The notes under the pieces: model-generated
The model's database searches: none
Told to the model about the DNA's origin: nothing
What the model saw: the letters and a program-made list of their open reading frames with translations, nothing else
In this document: positions 60,016 through 64,000 of the stretch, piece by piece
How positions within the stretch are numbered: the stretch's first letter is position 1
Layout: each line of letters opens with the position of its first letter
Position numbers and translations under genes: made by a program
NCBI GenBank assembly: GCA_002269645.1
Contig: NIVC01002886.1
Location: 18,309-82,308 of the forward strand
DNA: 64,000 nucleotides
Reading direction: 5' to 3'
DNA from: Macrostomum lignano
Lineage: Eukaryota

Positions 60016-60712
60016 CAAGGACGACTTAAGTAGAAGGACGGGAAACCTCGTTTCTTAGAAAATTTTTGAAGGCACTTTCTCCCGAAAAAATACACTACGG
60101 AGATAGGAAATTTTCTTTTTTTTCAGCACAAAAATTGCTATTACTTTTGATAGGAGGCAGATCCAGTGCTCATCTTTTGATATGTTTTGCCTTTTTTATT
60201 GCTCTATCGATATTTATAAAGCTTTTCGTTCAGAAAATTAGGATTCTATGTCAATTTTTTATTCTCCGTATATTTTCACGTGTCTTGTGATTAAAATACA
60301 TTAGAATGCCACGGCTCGGCTCTTTGGTTTTAGAAGTCTATTTTATCATTCTTAACTGACTGTTTAGCAAATATTCGTAACAGAGATGATAAAATAGATT
60401 CATAAAAGCAAATATTGGAGCTGTGTCATGCATTTTTGTGATTTTTAAATACAGGAAATGTACGTAGAATAAAAATTTACATAGAATCCTAATTTTCTGA
60501 ACGAAAAGCTTTATAAATATCGATAGAGAAATAAAAAAGGCACAACATATCAAAAAATGAGCACTGGATCTGCCTCCTATCAAAAGTAATAGCAATTTTT
60601 GTGCTAAAAAATGAAAATTTCCTATCTCCGTAGTGTATTTTTTCGGGAAAAAGTGCCTTCAAAAATTTTCTAAGAAACGAGGTTTCCCGTCCTTCTACTT
60701 AAGTCGTCCTTG
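60016..60712. mobile_element. Non-autonomous MITE, probably P-element superfamily, 697 bp
   Basis: ~250-bp near-perfect TIRs starting CAAGGACGACTTAAGTAGAAGGAC, fitting the CANRG terminus of the P superfamily. Perfect 8-bp TSD GTATCAAT at 60008-60015 and 60713-60720. Confidence 0.85.
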
Positions 60713-60994
60713 GTATCAATACGCTCGCATATTCTAAGAAATCAACTCAGCAACGTCTGTTTGAAAGTGAGTCCCGATTCTAGGAAACACGAGCACCACG
60801 CAGATTACGATTTCGATTAAAGCCATGGAGGCTTTGGATTCAATAAAACCATGTACGAGTGCCTCCTGTTCAAGTTGCTATTCATAAATTTTATAGAATA
60901 GCGAAACTTACTTTTGGGATAGCCCTCGTACATGTATGTTATAGTACATGTATGATCTCCAATATTAAATTCAGGAGCCATTCTAAGGTCTCCG

Positions 60995-62078
60995 ATTCCA
61001 AGAAAACCATGGGTACGTGTCCAATTCCAAGAAACCATGGGTCATTGTAAGATCTCCGATTCTAAGAAAACCATTGGTCATTGTAAGATCTCAGATTCCA
61101 AGAAAACCATTGGTCATTGTAAGATCTCCGATTCTAAGAAAACCATGGGTCATTGTAAAATCTCAGATTCAAGAAAACCATGGGTCATTGTAAAATCTCA
61201 GATTCCAAGAAAACCATGGGTCATTGTAAATCTCAGATTCCAAGAAAACCATGGGTACGTGTCCAATTCCAAGAAACCATGGGTCATTGTAAGATCTCCG
61301 ATTCTAAGAAAACCATTGGTCATTGTAAGATCTCAGATTCCAAGAAAACCATTGGTCATTGTAAGATCTCCGATTCTAAGAAAACCATGGGTCATTGTAA
61401 AATCTCAGATTCCAAGAAACCATGGGTCATTGTAAATCTCAGATTCAAGAAAACCATGGGTACGTGTCCAATTCCAAGAAACCATGGGTCATTGTAAGAT
61501 CTCCGATTCTAAGAAAACCATGGGTCATTGTAAAATCTCAGATTCCAAGAAAACCATGGGTCATTGTAAAATCTCAGATTCCAAGAAAACCATGGGTACG
61601 TGTCCAATTCCAAGAAACCATGGGTCATTGTAAGATCTCCGATTCTAAGAAAACCATTGGTCATTGTAAGATCTCAGATTCCAAGAAAACCATTGGTCAT
61701 TGTAAGATCTCTGATTCTAAGAAAACCATGGGTCATTGTAAAATCTCAGATTCCAAGAAAACCATGGGTCATTGTAAGATCTCAGATTCCAAGAAAACCA
61801 TTGGTCATTGTAAGATCTCAGATTCCAAGAAAACCATGGGTCATTGTAAAATCTCAGATTCCAAGAAAACCATTGGTCATTGTAAGATCTCAGATTCCAA
61901 GAAAACCATTGGTCATTGTAAGATCTCTGATTCTAAGAAAACCATGGGTCATTGTAAAATCTCAGATTCCAAGAAAACCATGGGTCATTGTAAGATCTCA
62001 GATTCCAAGAAAACCATGGTCATTGTAAGATCTCAGATTCCAAGAAAACCATGGGTCATTGTAAGATCTCAGATTCCA
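60995..62078. repeat. 36-bp minisatellite CCAAGAAAACCATGGGTCATTGTAAGATCTCAGATT with interspersed shorter variant units
   Basis: Direct inspection. Confidence 0.96.
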
Positions 62079-63664
62079 CGACAAAAACATTGCGATTAGC
62101 ATTAAGAATTGGTAAAAATTTTGCGTTCGCCGGAACCTAAGCCTCATTAATTGGACTAGCCAAGATCAGATATGCTGCTATTAGATGAAGATCTTTCCAG
62201 TTGTAACACCTCTTTTTGCACCTGTTTTGCTGCTTAACTCGCGTTCAACATGGCTAACTCCTCTATAGCTGACGGGACAGCCTCGTTATTGGGAAGCTGT
62301 CGGGAGTTGAGAGGGGAGGAGAACGGAGCTCGTTAATTATGGAATACGCATTGTGCACACTTGGCATTGGAGAGGACGTATAATGATGACGACGCTCACG
62401 CAGAATCCCTCCCATTAAATCTCCCAAGCGTCCCTCCAGGCAACAAAGCAACAGGTGAAGGAGGCGCAGCAGAACTCTTGACTGTCAGGGAGAGCCTCCC
62501 AGCGGCTGATTGACTTGAAGCAGCGGGGGCAATTTGCATGCGACAGGGCTGGGCGGGCATGGCTGACTCCAGGCTTTCCTGGAAAAGGGGTGGGGAAGTT
62601 ATGGCCGCCGTGTTTGGGCTCGGGATCTAGTCAAAAATTTATAGCAAAAACGCTCTTAGATGCAAGCGGTTTGAGGCCAGAGAGAAAAAGTTTTTTTAAA
62701 TGCAAGGCGGCGGAGGCAGGCAGAGAAGCTGGTGCTGCCTTGCTCCTGCCTTCCCTTTCTCGGCATTTCCTGAGTCACAATTTCCCGGGAGCGCGCAGGA
62801 GGACCACCAGGGGGGGGGGGCAGCAGTGCACGACAGAAATGCAAATAGCCTCATCTATTATTTACAGCTCTGCAGCCCCGTCATCTCCCCCTCCCTCTCT
62901 CTATTCCTCCTCTTCTGCCCCATCCACCTCATCATCAGGCTCCCCAGCCTCTCTCCAGTCTCATTTCGAAAGCTCATTTCGAATGAATTTTCAAAACTCG
63001 ACCAAGCAACAGGCCAAGCAACAGCACTTGTATCTGATTCGTGTAAACTGGCTCGGCACATCCGGCAATGCTCTGACCAATCAAAACCTCCGGCTAGATG
63101 GGGCAGCGTAAGAAAGTTTCGAAACTCGAAAACTCGTCGGCTAGGGCCCCGGACAGACCATGGCGAGTATTTTTCGCCGAATTTATTATGAGTAGAATAT
63201 TACGAGCATGAATTATTGAAAGTTGCATGAATTGAAGATCATATCCGGCTAGATTTCAGTCGCGATGCATGCACAATTTAGATGCACGAGAGCAGCAGAC
63301 GGCCTCTAGAAAAGTGCAGCCAGCGATCCGAGCGCGACATGCCTACCGATATGAAAAAGGGTGTATGCATAATTTATACCGCATAGCTAGAAACAGATTT
63401 TATAGTGGGGGCTACTACTGAGGTCCAACTGAGTCTGTTTGACGTAAGTTAAAAAAATTCGAAATATAAGCTATTACAGACACTGAGACGATCGGACAGG
63501 GGGCGTCAGGGTTCAGCAAGAAGCACAAGCATAGCTCTAACTATGGACAAAATGTGATTGGTCAATAAATTTGGTTAAATTGTGCGTGGTATCAGATAGC
63601 TATAAATGTTGACAGGTTTGATTCATTTATGAAATCAAGAGCAATTGGATACTAATGACCGGGG

Positions 63665-64000
63665 GAGGTAGTTGACTGGATAGGGGACTGGGGCATAGAG
63701 GGAGGTGGGTGACTGGATAGGGACTGGGACATAGAGGGAGGTGGGTGACTGAATAGGGGACTAGGGCATAGAGGGAGGTGGGTGACTGATAGTGATCTGG
63801 GGCACAGTGGGGTGGGTGACTTGAAAGTGGTTTGGGGCACAGCGGAGGATGGGTGACTTGATGGGGTCTGGGTGATTGGAGAGGGGTCTGGGCACGGAGG
63901 GAGGTGGGTGATTGGAGAGGGGTCTGGGGCACGGAGGGAGGTGGTGATTGGAGAGGGGTCTGGGCACGGAGGGAGGTGGGTGATTGGAGAGGGGTCTGGG
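63665..64000. repeat. G-rich ~32-36-bp minisatellite running off the window end
   Basis: GGGGACTGGGGCATAGAGGGAGGTGGGTGACTG variants. Confidence 0.9.

Noticed and set aside
61037-62099. (KKTMGHCKISDS)n ORF resembling a His/Cys repeat protein
   Set aside because: The 36-bp array contains shorter variant units that shift frame, and there is no start context, signal peptide or splice support.
62515-63191. Overlapping 198-aa and 163-aa ORFs in a GC-rich island with CCAAT/GC boxes
   Set aside because: Low-complexity Ser-rich translation with no homology I recognise. It may be the promoter or 5' UTR of a gene beyond the window, but this cannot be supported.

Overview
This is eukaryotic (animal) genomic DNA. 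GC-rich coding exons are separated by introns swollen with micro- and minisatellites; the composition resembles the free-living flatworm Macrostomum, but that assignment is inference. Four protein-coding genes could be reconstructed by hand: (1) an intronless type-1 cystatin/stefin (219-518, -); (2) a two-exon, 238-aa neuropeptide precursor (11332-12142, +) with a signal peptide, 14 copies of AYFDPMGY-G and one AYFDPMGS-G between KR/KKKR sites, whose signal-peptide exon is missed by the ORF track; (3) a 24-exon, ~1788-aa TRPN/NOMPC mechanotransduction channel (13663-34085, +); (4) a convergent 16-exon SPATA1-like gene (58682-36219, -) with an apparent 1-nt frameshift, a GC-AG intron, a long E/R-rich helix and intronic RFX X-boxes. 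Mobile DNA comprises seven copies of a tRNA-headed CORE-type SINE, a 5'-truncated RTE-group LINE, and three TSD-bounded non-autonomous DNA transposons (Mutator/foldback-like, P-like, Harbinger-like). More than 25 tandem arrays are present, and most long ORFs in the supplied track are artefacts of them. The best candidates for novelty are the AYFDPMGYamide precursor and its tight linkage to TRPN, inverted minisatellites bracketing TRPN exon 19, and a possible X-box-driven short SPATA1 isoform.
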